A stretch of DNA of 64,000 bases, from the NCBI GenBank assembly GCA_964513645.1, contig CAZENF010000002.1:142072-206071 (forward strand), written 5' to 3'. The notes beneath the pieces were generated by a model. It ran no database searches. It was given only the letters and a program-made list of their open reading frames with translations, and had not been told where the DNA came from. Every line of letters starts with the position of its first letter. Within the stretch, counting starts at the first letter, position 1. Positions 7,834-17,058 of this stretch are shown piece by piece. The position numbers were made by a program, and so were the translations under genes. Origin of the DNA: an uncultured Candidatus Saccharibacteria bacterium. GTDB lineage: Bacteria; Patescibacteriota; Minisyncoccia; 2-02-FULL-40-12; GWA2-44-9.

Positions 7834-9069
7834 TTATTTGCTGGCCTCTTTATCTGCTTCTACTTCTTTATAATCGAGGTTTTCTTTGGGTGAGCGGACA
7901 TCTATTTTCCAAGCTGTGAGTTTGGCCGCCAAGCGGACATTCTGTCCCCTCTTGCCGATAGCCAAAGAAAATTGGTCATCCGAAACTTCAACCAACGCGT
8001 GCTTTCTTTTCTCGTCCAGAACCTTAACATCTAAGATCTTGGCCGGAGACAAAGAATTTGCTATAAAATCTTTGGGTTTTTCACTCCAAAGGATTATATC
8101 TATTTTTTCTCCTGAAAGCTCATTGATCACTGTCTGAACCCGGACACCTTTCTGACCGACGAGCGAACCTATCGGGTCAACGCCTTCTTCCTGCGATGCA
8201 ACCGCGATTTTGGTTCTTGAACCGGCTTCTCTGGCGATTGATTTTACCACAACTGTTCCGCTGTCTATTTCCGGAACTTCCATTCTAAACAATTCTATTA
8301 CTAATTTGGGATGAGATCTCGAAAGTAAGACCACTGGACCACGGGATGTTTCATCAACTTTTAATATCATAAATCTCAATCTTTGGCCGATGCGATAATT
8401 GTCTCCGTAAACCTGTTCGGCCGGAGTGAGCAAGCCATTGGTCTTGCCGATATCAATAAAGACCAGTGCTCCTTCTTTACGTTGAACGACGCCTCCGACT
8501 ATCTCTCCTTCACGCTTCTTGAATTCAGAAAATATCGCATCCCGTTCCGCTTCGCGCAGTCTCTGGATAACGACTTGCTTTGCGGTTTGGGCCGCAATGC
8601 GGCCAAAATCGGTATGGCTTTCGAGCTTGATAACAAGTTCGTCGCCGACCTTTATTTTTTTGCTTTTCTTTTTGGCATCCTTGAGAGTGATGTGTTTTTC
8701 GGGATTGAATTTTATCTTTATTTCGCCTTCTTCCGTCTTGGCTGTTTCAGTTTCTTCAACCGGAGCCCCTCTTTTTGTTCTTTCGAGGTCGTGAAAATCT
8801 TGCTTGTCTTCAGCAACTTTAACCGGCAACTGCCCGGTAATATAGCCCTCTTCGTCAACGTCCTCTATCACATAGAAGATCTGGGTCATTTCCAATTTCC
8901 CGGTCTCAATGTCAAGCTTAGCTTTAACTATCTGGCCTTTTTTGCCATAGTCTCTCTTGTAGGCCGCAGCAATCGCCGCTTCGATTGTTTCTATCACACT
9001 TTCCTGGGGAATACCCTTTTCTTCCGAAATTTGATTTATAGCTGATAAAAATTGTTTGATATCAAACAT
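7834..9069 (-). CDS. nusA: transcription termination/antitermination factor NusA
   Basis: 411 aa. NusA N-terminal domain plus S1 and KH regions (GPVVLLSRSHPKLV..., VKSIAREAGSRTKIAV...). Confidence 0.9.
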   Translation of the reverse strand: MFDIKQFLSAINQISEEKGIPQESVIETIEAAIAAAYKRDYGKKGQIVKAKLDIETGKLEMTQIFYVIEDVDEEGYITGQLPVKVAEDKQDFHDLERTKRGAPVEETETAKTEEGEIKIKFNPEKHITLKDAKKKSKKIKVGDELVIKLESHTDFGRIAAQTAKQVVIQRLREAERDAIFSEFKKREGEIVGGVVQRKEGALVFIDIGKTNGLLTPAEQVYGDNYRIGQRLRFMILKVDETSRGPVVLLSRSHPKLVIELFRMEVPEIDSGTVVVKSIAREAGSRTKIAVASQEEGVDPIGSLVGQKGVRVQTVINELSGEKIDIILWSEKPKDFIANSLSPAKILDVKVLDEKRKHALVEVSDDQFSLAIGKRGQNVRLAAKLTAWKIDVRSPKENLDYKEVEADKEASK

Positions 9070-9288
9070 ATTTCTGAACTATTAAGGTTTGATCCCTAAT
9101 GCAGAATGCTTTAGTTATTAATCCTTAGCCGCTAATTAAAATACGAGGCCCGCTATAGCGGACCTATCACATACCTTACTGCTTGTATGTTAACAAAAAG
9201 TTAACCGATAGTCAATAGGGTGTAGTATAATATAGATATCCACAAAATTTATCTTTACAAATAACCCCAGTCCGATAATACAAGATAT

Positions 9289-10947
9289 ATGCCCCCTCAA
9301 CCGCCCGTTGCCAAAAAAGAAGATGAGCTTGAAAAAAAATTAAAAGAAATCAAGCTCAAACAGGAAGACGAACGCTATGCTGAAATGGCCCAAAGGTTTG
9401 GGATTCCCTTTTCAACCTTAAAAGGCGTTCCGATAGATACCGAAGCTCTTAACCTTCTCACAGAGGAAGATGCCCGGAAATCAAATTTGGCAGTTCTTTA
9501 TAAAAGTGGGAAAAAAATAATAGTCGCTCTGACCGATCCCGAGAATGCTGAAACAAAAAAGACACTTTCCGCTTTCGAAAGCCAGGGCTTTACCTTGAGT
9601 ACGCTGTTCGTTTCTCCAAGCACCTTAAATACTGTCTGGCAAAGGTATAAGACGATCAAACAAAAGGTTTTTAAGATCGGGGCCATCGAGATAAACGAAG
9701 AAGAACTGACACAACTACAGGAACAGATAAAAGACCTCAGTGATCTTAAAAACAAGCTCCAAAATATCTCTGTTACCAAACTGCTTGAAATACTTATCGC
9801 CGGTGCATTAAAGACAAAAGCTTCGGACATGCACTTTGAACCGGAACATGAGACTGCGAGAATAAGGTACCGTCTCGACGGAATCTTGCACGACATCACT
9901 AATCTTGATGTTGATTTTTATGAGAAAATACTGAATCGCATCAAAGTTTTGTCGAAAATGAAACTTAATATCCATGATTCTCCTCAAGATGGACGCTTTA
10001 CTATCAAACAAAGGAATCTTGACATTGAAGTCAGAGTTTCGATAATCCCGAGTGAATTCGGCGAAACGATCGTCATGCGACTTCTCGATCCACGGAGTAT
10101 AAAAGTAGAGCTCGAAGATCTTGGCATCAGAAAAGACCTTCTCGAAACGATCCAACAACAACTTAAGAAAAAAACTGGCGCGATCATGGTTTCGGGACCG
10201 ACTGGAGCCGGCAAAACCACGACCCTGTATGCTTTTGCTAACCGGCTGAACGAGCCCGGTACGAAAATAATCACCATCGAAGACCCTATCGAGTATCATG
10301 TTAAAAACATCTCTCAAACCCAGGTTAACCCGAAGAAGGGTTATACCTTTGCCAACGGCCTTCGGTCTATTGTCAGACAGGATCCCGATATTATCCTTGT
10401 CGGAGAGATAAGAGATGTTGAGACGGCGGAAATCGCTTTGCATGCCGCTTTGACGGGACATTTTGTCCTTTCTACCATCCACACAAACGACGCCGCCGGC
10501 GTCATCCCCCGTTTGGTTGACTTGGGTATCCGTACACAGATAATCGCCCCGGCCATCAATATAACCATTGCTCAACGCCTTGTCAGGCGACTTTGTACTA
10601 AATGTAAAAAACAGGAAAAAGTAAAACCGGAAGACCTTGAGAAGATCAAAAAAATCCTTATACCAATCAAAGAACGTTTTAATTTGCCGGCTTTGGATCC
10701 GTCTCTTAAGATCTACTACGCTGGCCGGTGCAACGAGTGTAACATGTCAGGTTATGAGGGTCGGGTGGGAGTCTTTGAAATATTCGTCGTTTCCAAAGCC
10801 ATGGAGCAGTTAATCCTGACATCCCCACCGATATCCCAGATCCAGGAACTTGCCGTTTCAGAAGGCATGACCACCTTGATACAGGATGTTTACCTTAAAG
10901 TTTTGGATGGATTAACATCGATCGAAGAAATAGAAAGAGCGATGTAG
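9289..10947 (+). CDS. pilB: GspE/PilB-family secretion ATPase (type IV pilus assembly ATPase)
   Basis: N-terminal GspII_E-like domain, Walker A VSGPTGAGKTTTLY, Asp/His boxes and a CxxC...CxxC zinc site. Confidence 0.85.
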   Translation: MPPQPPVAKKEDELEKKLKEIKLKQEDERYAEMAQRFGIPFSTLKGVPIDTEALNLLTEEDARKSNLAVLYKSGKKIIVALTDPENAETKKTLSAFESQGFTLSTLFVSPSTLNTVWQRYKTIKQKVFKIGAIEINEEELTQLQEQIKDLSDLKNKLQNISVTKLLEILIAGALKTKASDMHFEPEHETARIRYRLDGILHDITNLDVDFYEKILNRIKVLSKMKLNIHDSPQDGRFTIKQRNLDIEVRVSIIPSEFGETIVMRLLDPRSIKVELEDLGIRKDLLETIQQQLKKKTGAIMVSGPTGAGKTTTLYAFANRLNEPGTKIITIEDPIEYHVKNISQTQVNPKKGYTFANGLRSIVRQDPDIILVGEIRDVETAEIALHAALTGHFVLSTIHTNDAAGVIPRLVDLGIRTQIIAPAINITIAQRLVRRLCTKCKKQEKVKPEDLEKIKKILIPIKERFNLPALDPSLKIYYAGRCNECNMSGYEGRVGVFEIFVVSKAMEQLILTSPPISQIQELAVSEGMTTLIQDVYLKVLDGLTSIEEIERAM

Positions 10948-10957
10948 TAAGCTAAAA

Positions 10958-11112
10958 CCCTATAACCTGTAGGCAAAGTCCGAATTTTAAAAAAATTCGG
11001 GGCAGGATAGTTCAGAGGAGTAGTCCAGTCGAAACCAAACTATCCGAGCTTAGATATTATCCCGATTGGGCCTGCGGAAATCCTTAACCCAATTGCCTAC
11101 AGATTATAGGGG
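10958..11112. repeat. nested inverted-repeat structured element between pilB and ruvB
   Basis: Outer 19-bp IR ccctataacctgtaggcaa / ttgcctacagattataggg (1 mismatch) encloses perfect palindrome ccgaattttt-aaaaaaattcgg, ggatagtt/aactatcc and attggg/cccaat stems. Confidence 0.6.
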
Positions 11113-11173
11113 TTCAGAGGTTTTGCTTTTTGTCCGGCAAAACCATCGAGTCTATATTTTAATCTAAAATAAT

Positions 11174-12184
11174 ATGAATGTCAAGGAATCAAATGTTGCC
11201 GCCCAGGGCGTTTTAGATGACCAGGTTTTGGATCTGGCTTTACGGCCCAAGAATTTTCATGAATATGTCGGTCAGGATAAGATAAAAGACAATCTAAAAA
11301 TAATGATTGGGGCGGCCAAAAAGAGGGGTGAAATTATGGAGCACTTGCTCCTCCACGGCCCTTCCGGCTTGGGCAAAACCACCCTCGCCTATCTTATTGC
11401 CCGAGAGCTTGGCTCAGGTATCAAAATAACCTCGGGTACAGCGATTGAAAAGGCCGGAGACGTCGGTTCTATTCTTACTGGTTTAAACGACGGTGACGTC
11501 ATGTTCATAGATGAGGTTCACCGACTTAACAAGGCCGTGGAAGAGGTCATTTATCCGGCAATGGAGAATTTTAAGCTGGATATCATAATCGGCAAAGGTA
11601 CCTCGGCTAAAACTCTTCAGATAGACCTACCCAAGTTCACCCTTATCGCTGCTACAACCAAGATCTCAATGCTCTCAAGTCCTTTTCGTTCGCGTTTCGG
11701 CGTTAATTTCCGTTTGGACTTTTACAAGCAAAAAGACATCGAAAACATCGTTGCCCGTTCAGCTTCGCTTCTTCAAGTCAACATCGACAAGAGTGGAATT
11801 GAATCCATTGCGAAGTCTTCTCGGTTTACGCCCCGTATCGCCAATCGGCTATTAAAACGTGTCCGTGATTATGCCGAGGTTAAAGATCATAATTCCATAA
11901 ATGCTACCATCGCCGGAGAAGCCTTGAGCATGCTTGAAATAGACGACCAAGGTCTCGAAGAAACAGACCGCAAAATACTGACAACGATCGCGCAAACATT
12001 TGAAGGCGGTCCGGTCGGATTAAAAGCCGTGGCTGCAGCGATTTCTGAAGAAGAGAGTACAATTGAAGATGTTTATGAACCTTATCTCATTCAGATAGGT
12101 TTTATATCCAGAACACCCAAAGGCAGAGTTATTACTCGGGAAGGCAAAAAACATATAGGAATAAAGTCAGGTTTTGACATCTAA
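11174..12184 (+). CDS. ruvB: Holliday junction branch-migration helicase RuvB
   Basis: AAA+ Walker A LLHGPSGLGKTTLA, Walker B MFIDEVHRL and a RuvB C-terminal winged helix. Confidence 0.9.
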   Translation: MNVKESNVAAQGVLDDQVLDLALRPKNFHEYVGQDKIKDNLKIMIGAAKKRGEIMEHLLLHGPSGLGKTTLAYLIARELGSGIKITSGTAIEKAGDVGSILTGLNDGDVMFIDEVHRLNKAVEEVIYPAMENFKLDIIIGKGTSAKTLQIDLPKFTLIAATTKISMLSSPFRSRFGVNFRLDFYKQKDIENIVARSASLLQVNIDKSGIESIAKSSRFTPRIANRLLKRVRDYAEVKDHNSINATIAGEALSMLEIDDQGLEETDRKILTTIAQTFEGGPVGLKAVAAAISEEESTIEDVYEPYLIQIGFISRTPKGRVITREGKKHIGIKSGFDI

Positions 12185-12189
12185 CTCAC

Positions 12190-12696
12190 ATGAGCGGTCA
12201 CTCGAGATGGTCACAAATAAAGCATAAGAAAGCGACAACTGACAAAAAAAGAGGTCAGTTGTTTTCTAAACTCTCCAAACTGATCTCTCTCGCCGCCCGC
12301 AGAGGAACAAACCCTGAAACAAATCTTGAACTTAAAAGTGCCATAGAGCAGGCACGTTCTTTTAATGTTCCGAGCGATAATATTGAACGGGCCATAAAAA
12401 AGGTCTCCGACAAATCCGCCACCCAGCTTGAGGAGTTGTACATAGAAGCTCTGGGCCCTGGCGGAGTTGCCTTAAAAATTAAGGCCGTAACTGATAACAA
12501 AAACCGAACTATCGCTGAAGTTAAAAGTATTCTAACCGAAAATAGTTCAAAGATGGTCCAACCCGGAAGTATTTCCTGGATGTTCAATCAATCCATTAGC
12601 CTTGATTCGCCAGAAGTTCAGACTCAACTCGACAAACTTCTCGAAGCCCTCGACGACCAAGATGATGTTGAAGATGTGGTCTCAAACCTTAAATAA
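12190..12696 (+). CDS. YebC/PmpR-family probable transcriptional regulator (short, 168 aa)
   Basis: N-terminus MSGHSRWSQIKHKKATTDKKRG matches the YebC/TACO1 signature. Shorter than typical ~240 aa. Confidence 0.7.
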   Translation: MSGHSRWSQIKHKKATTDKKRGQLFSKLSKLISLAARRGTNPETNLELKSAIEQARSFNVPSDNIERAIKKVSDKSATQLEELYIEALGPGGVALKIKAVTDNKNRTIAEVKSILTENSSKMVQPGSISWMFNQSISLDSPEVQTQLDKLLEALDDQDDVEDVVSNLK

Positions 12697-12698
12697 CT

Positions 12699-13169
12699 AT
12701 GATAATACTCGGTATAGACCCTGGAACAACCCGTATCGGATATGGCGTAATCGAAAAAAAACAAAACAACTTGGCCTGGCTTGAACATGGCCTGGTAAAA
12801 AGCTCTGACCCGGCGGAGGTAATTAAAGAGTTGGGTCGTTTATGTTCAAAATACAAGCCTGAACTGGCAGCTGTGGAAAAGTTATTTTTCTTTAAAAACA
12901 AAAAAACTATAATAGCTGTAAGCGAGATGCGCGGCGTTATAATGTCCGCCCTCGCCATGCACAAGATAGAGGTTAAAGAATACACTCCCCTTCAGGTCAA
13001 GCAGGCTGTATCAAATTATGGCCGGGCCGACAAAGCACAAGTTGAGCATATGGTCCGTCTGATCCTTGGTATAAAAGAGCGGATAAACCCGGACGATGCC
13101 GCTGACGGATTAGCTATTGCAATTTGTTGTGCAAATAATATAGTATACCAATCTAAAAATTTAATTTAA
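12699..13169 (+). CDS. ruvC: crossover junction endodeoxyribonuclease RuvC
   Basis: MIILGIDPGTTRIGYGVIE N-terminus and RNase H-like fold pattern. 156 aa. Confidence 0.85.
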   Translation: MIILGIDPGTTRIGYGVIEKKQNNLAWLEHGLVKSSDPAEVIKELGRLCSKYKPELAAVEKLFFFKNKKTIIAVSEMRGVIMSALAMHKIEVKEYTPLQVKQAVSNYGRADKAQVEHMVRLILGIKERINPDDAADGLAIAICCANNIVYQSKNLI

Positions 13170-13228
13170 CTAACTTGCGGCTTGAATGATTTTCCGGAGA
13201 CACAGGACCCGGGAATCGTTAAAAGCTT

Positions 13229-13411
13229 TTGCAAAGAAAGATGGTCGAAGAAAAAAAATATGCCCAGATAGAAGCCTTTGAAGAAATGGAAGATGCGGAG
13301 GATGCAAAAGACGAAGATGATGACGATGTTGAGGATGATATGGATGACGACGACACTGAAGATGAAGATGATGACGAGGAAGATTCCGGCGGCTCTGATT
13401 ACGAGAGTTAA
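13229..13411 (+). CDS. hypothetical 60-aa hyper-acidic (D/E-rich) small protein
   Basis: ORF with roughly 60% Asp/Glu, followed by an intrinsic terminator. Could be real or a low-complexity artefact. Confidence 0.35.
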   Translation: MQRKMVEEKKYAQIEAFEEMEDAEDAKDEDDDDVEDDMDDDDTEDEDDDEEDSGGSDYES

Positions 13412-13419
13412 GCTTACTA

Positions 13420-13446
13420 AATAACCCCTCCCGGGGTTATTTTATT
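13420..13446. terminator. bidirectional intrinsic terminator (acidic ORF / tyrS)
   Basis: taacccc-tccc-ggggtta followed by ttttattt. Confidence 0.65.
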
Positions 13447-14570
13447 TCTACAAACTTACCTTTACCATATTTTATTTTATCTCCTTTTTTGGGTTCGATC
13501 TTCCAATTAGTCTCGACTTTACCGTTTATCTCGACTGCGCCTGCTTTAATCAGTTCTTTGGCTTGAGATATCGAGGGAATGATTCCGCTATCCACGGACG
13601 TAGTGGCTAAATTACCTCCTTCATTGCCTGCTTTAGGGCTGATAGCCTCTTTGACTTTATCTTCTCCGTGATAAATTCTTATCAATTCCTCGGCTAATTT
13701 TTCCTTGAACTCTCTGGGCTCTTTTTTACTTTCTTCGTCAATCCACTCCTGGTCTTTGTCGGTACATAATTCAAAAACAGTTTTGGTCATCTTGTCATCC
13801 ATCGCCAGTATTTTTCTTCTTATCTCACTCGGCTCATCTTTTATCGAAATAATTTCACCTTCACTCTTGCTCATTTTCTTTCCGGTACCTGCATCAATAA
13901 GAAGTCGAGTTGCTAAGACCATTTTGTCTTTATTAAGGAGGGTCTTTTCGAGGTCGCGTCCGACAAGCATATTAAATATCTGGTCATGGCCGCCTATTTC
14001 GCCGTCCACCTTCATCGCAACCGAATCATATCCTTGCATTAACGGATAGAGAAATTCGTGAAGAGCTATCGACTGATTGTTTTTTATCCTTTCCTGAAAC
14101 ATGTCTCTGACTATCATCTGCTGTACAGTTACATGTGAGGCTATTTTAATTAAGTTTCCCATATCCATTTTTTTGAGCCATTCACTGTTATGCTTAACTT
14201 CAAAATTTCCTTCAAGCAGTATTTTTTGAACCTGCTCGAGATATCCTTTCATGTTTTCTTTTATATTTCCCTCATCCAACGGCTTTCTGGTTTTATCCTT
14301 ACCCGTCGGATCACCTATCATTGCTGTAAAATCACCCATTAAGAGAATTATTTTATGTCCGAGATGGCCAAGACCTTTCAGCAGGTAAAGTTGGGCAGTG
14401 TGACCTAAATGAATGTCTTTTCCAGTCGGGTCTATTCCATAATAAAATGTCAGTGCTTGGCCGGAGGATAATTTATTTATAACTTCTTCTTTGGAAGGAT
14501 AAAATCCGTCGGGCGAAACCCGTCGGTCGAGAAGGAGTCCTATTTTGTTTTTATCCGTCTCTACCGCCAT
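13437..14570 (-). CDS. tyrS: tyrosyl-tRNA synthetase
   Basis: Class I HIGH (DIHLGH) and KMSKS motifs with a C-terminal S4-like domain. 377 aa. Confidence 0.8.
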   Translation of the reverse strand: MAVETDKNKIGLLLDRRVSPDGFYPSKEEVINKLSSGQALTFYYGIDPTGKDIHLGHTAQLYLLKGLGHLGHKIILLMGDFTAMIGDPTGKDKTRKPLDEGNIKENMKGYLEQVQKILLEGNFEVKHNSEWLKKMDMGNLIKIASHVTVQQMIVRDMFQERIKNNQSIALHEFLYPLMQGYDSVAMKVDGEIGGHDQIFNMLVGRDLEKTLLNKDKMVLATRLLIDAGTGKKMSKSEGEIISIKDEPSEIRRKILAMDDKMTKTVFELCTDKDQEWIDEESKKEPREFKEKLAEELIRIYHGEDKVKEAISPKAGNEGGNLATTSVDSGIIPSISQAKELIKAGAVEINGKVETNWKIEPKKGDKIKYGKGKFVEIK

Positions 14571-14641
14571 ATTTATAAATAATATAGGTTATTAATATCC
14601 TTGTAAATATCGATTTTTTATGGCATTATTTTAAGGAATTA

Positions 14642-16771
14642 ATGCTGCCTAATTTTACCGTTGAAAACCTCCGGAAACGTAAATATCCGGTCAAAAAGAT
14701 AATAAAAACCTCCCTCACACTCTTTGTGTGGTTTTTTGTTATTGGGTCTATAATATTTTTAACTTATTTTATTTATATCGAAAGAACCCTGCCTGACCCG
14801 GAATCAATAATTACGCGTAAAGTCGGTGAGTCAACAAAAATATATGACCGGACAGGTCAGGTACTCCTATACGATATTCACGGGGAAGAAAAAAGAACCA
14901 TTGTTCCCTGGGAAAAAATACCCGATTCCATAAAAAAAGCGACTATTGCGTCTGAAGATAACGATTTTTACAGTCATCGCGGTATTGATTTTAGAGGCAT
15001 TGCCCGGGCTTTTCTTAAAGATATTTCGGGCGGAGGAATTTCCCAGGGCGGTTCAACTATCACCCAGCAATTGGTAAAAAAAGCTCTTTTGGGTGATGAG
15101 CGGACACTTACCCGGAAACTTAAAGAAATAATCCTAACTATAGAGATAGAGCGCCGGTTCAGTAAAGATGAAATATTTTGGATGTATCTTAACCAAATAC
15201 CTTACGGTTCGAACGCTTATGGAATTGAGTCGGCCAGCCGGACATTTTTTAACAAATCGGCGAAAGATCTTACTTTGGCCGAATCAGCCACTTTATCCGT
15301 CCTCCCTAAAGCGCCCACCTACTACTCCCCTTACGGGAATCACGTCGATGAACTGATGACTCTTAAAAACGGTATTCTCTCGAAAATGCTTGAACTTGGT
15401 TATATAACTAAAGACCAGTACTCCGCCGCTCTTAGCACAAAGATAGTTTTTACCCCTGGAATAGAAAAAATTTCCGCTCCTCATTTTGTAATGATGGTCA
15501 AAGAATACCTCGAATCTAAATACGGAGGAAATGCGGTTGAGAATGATGGTCTTCAAGTGATTACCTCTCTTGATGCAAACCTTCAACAATCAGCCGAAAA
15601 TTTGGTTGCCAAATACTCCGCCATTAACAAAGAACGCTATAAGGCCAATAATGCAGCCTTGGTCTCTATCGATCCCAGGTCAGGAGAGGTTCTGGCTTTG
15701 GTCGGTTCAAGTAATTATTTTGATGTCGCAAACCAGGGTAATTTTAATGTTGCCACGGCTTTAAGACAGCCTGGTTCGTCTTTTAAACCTTTTGCCTATG
15801 CTACCGCTTTCAAAAAAGGATATCCCGATGCAACAGTTCTTTTTGACGCTAAAACAGAGTTCAATCCTAATTGCCCCCCTGATTCGAGCGGTGAGAAAGA
15901 CCAGTACGGCCTCGACTGTTATTCGCCAGATAACTATGATGGGCGCTTCCGCGGACCGGTTACCCTTAGGAATGCCCTGTCTCAATCTTTAAACGTTCCT
16001 TCGGTAAAAACTCTGTATCTCGCCGGAGTTGATGATACAATAAACACCGCTCAATCAATGGGCATTTCAACTTTACAGGACCGGTCGAGATTCGGTTTAT
16101 CTTTGGTTCTGGGCGGTGCCGAGGTAAAACTTATTGACCTTACATCTGCTTACGGTGTTTTTGCCAACGATGGGATCAGAAACCCTTGGTTTATTATAAA
16201 TAAGGTTACCTCGTCTGACGGAACGGTCCTTGAAGAACATAAAGCTGAACCAAAACGAGTTCTCGACCCTCAAGTAAGCCGGCTTGTCAGCGACGTTCTG
16301 TCTGATAACAACGCCAGGGCTCCTGAATTCGGCTATAACAGTTCTCTTTACATCACGGGCCGGGATGTTGCCGCAAAAACTGGAACTACACAAGAAAACC
16401 GGGACGCCTGGGTTGTAGGTTTTACTCCTTCTTTAGCAACAGGAGTTTGGACAGGAAATAATGATAATCAGTCTATGACAAAAGCTGGCGCCGGTATAAG
16501 CGCTTCAGGCCCCATGTGGCACGAATTTATGGTCACGGCCCTTGGAAGCACTCCGGTTGAAACGTTCAATAAACCTGACCCCGCTTATTCATCGAAACCT
16601 ATGCTTAACGGCCAGTATCTACCAAACTCGAATACCCAGGATACCCATACAATTCTTTACTATGTTAACCGAAGTGACCCTTTAGGCCCTCCTTCTGTTC
16701 AGCCAGGAGACGACCCCCAATTCAAGAACTGGGAGTGGGCTGTCAGAAATTATTATCAGTTATCTAATTAG
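14642..16771 (+). CDS. bifunctional class A penicillin-binding protein (glycosyltransferase + transpeptidase, PBP1A-like)
   Basis: N-terminal TM helix, GT51 motifs (EDNDFYSHRGID, ITQQL), transpeptidase SSFKP, SLN and KTGT motifs. Confidence 0.85.
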   Translation: MLPNFTVENLRKRKYPVKKIIKTSLTLFVWFFVIGSIIFLTYFIYIERTLPDPESIITRKVGESTKIYDRTGQVLLYDIHGEEKRTIVPWEKIPDSIKKATIASEDNDFYSHRGIDFRGIARAFLKDISGGGISQGGSTITQQLVKKALLGDERTLTRKLKEIILTIEIERRFSKDEIFWMYLNQIPYGSNAYGIESASRTFFNKSAKDLTLAESATLSVLPKAPTYYSPYGNHVDELMTLKNGILSKMLELGYITKDQYSAALSTKIVFTPGIEKISAPHFVMMVKEYLESKYGGNAVENDGLQVITSLDANLQQSAENLVAKYSAINKERYKANNAALVSIDPRSGEVLALVGSSNYFDVANQGNFNVATALRQPGSSFKPFAYATAFKKGYPDATVLFDAKTEFNPNCPPDSSGEKDQYGLDCYSPDNYDGRFRGPVTLRNALSQSLNVPSVKTLYLAGVDDTINTAQSMGISTLQDRSRFGLSLVLGGAEVKLIDLTSAYGVFANDGIRNPWFIINKVTSSDGTVLEEHKAEPKRVLDPQVSRLVSDVLSDNNARAPEFGYNSSLYITGRDVAAKTGTTQENRDAWVVGFTPSLATGVWTGNNDNQSMTKAGAGISASGPMWHEFMVTALGSTPVETFNKPDPAYSSKPMLNGQYLPNSNTQDTHTILYYVNRSDPLGPPSVQPGDDPQFKNWEWAVRNYYQLSN

Positions 16772-17047
16772 TATCTTGTTAGGATTTATATTTTTATCTT
16801 TAAGAAAATTTGTCAGAAGTTCTAATCTTATCACCAGTTCGTTCGCTATTACTTTATTAACTGTGGTTATTGTAAGAGTATTATCCTTGGCACTGTAGCT
16901 AACCACAAAAGGAATATCCTTTAAGACTTCGCCAAACTCTTTTTTCATAAACAAGCCGAATTCATCGGTTATTTTTCTGTTCTTGTCTTGGTTTTTAACA
17001 AGAGAAATTTCTTTCCTTTCAAAAGCTTTTTTGAGATCTTTAAACAT
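16760..17047 (-). CDS. small protein downstream of dnaN, possibly DUF721/DciA-like
   Basis: 95-aa ORF directly after dnaN. The C-terminal pattern TLTITTVNKVIANELVIRLELL resembles DUF721 proteins that sit near dnaA-dnaN. Weak, context-based. Confidence 0.35.
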   Translation of the reverse strand: MFKDLKKAFERKEISLVKNQDKNRKITDEFGLFMKKEFGEVLKDIPFVVSYSAKDNTLTITTVNKVIANELVIRLELLTNFLKDKNINPNKILIR

Positions 17048-17058
17048 TATTTTTAACC

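Noticed and set aside
9236-9244. DnaA-box-like ATATCCACA upstream of pilB
   Set aside because: One mismatch and isolated. Probably chance in AT-rich promoter DNA.
9808-10575. 255-aa antisense ORF inside pilB (and similar antisense ORFs in nusA, tig, the Pro-rich gene, the Clp genes and pnp)
   Set aside because: Each lies opposite a strongly supported housekeeping CDS. No domain signal. Typical shadow ORFs.
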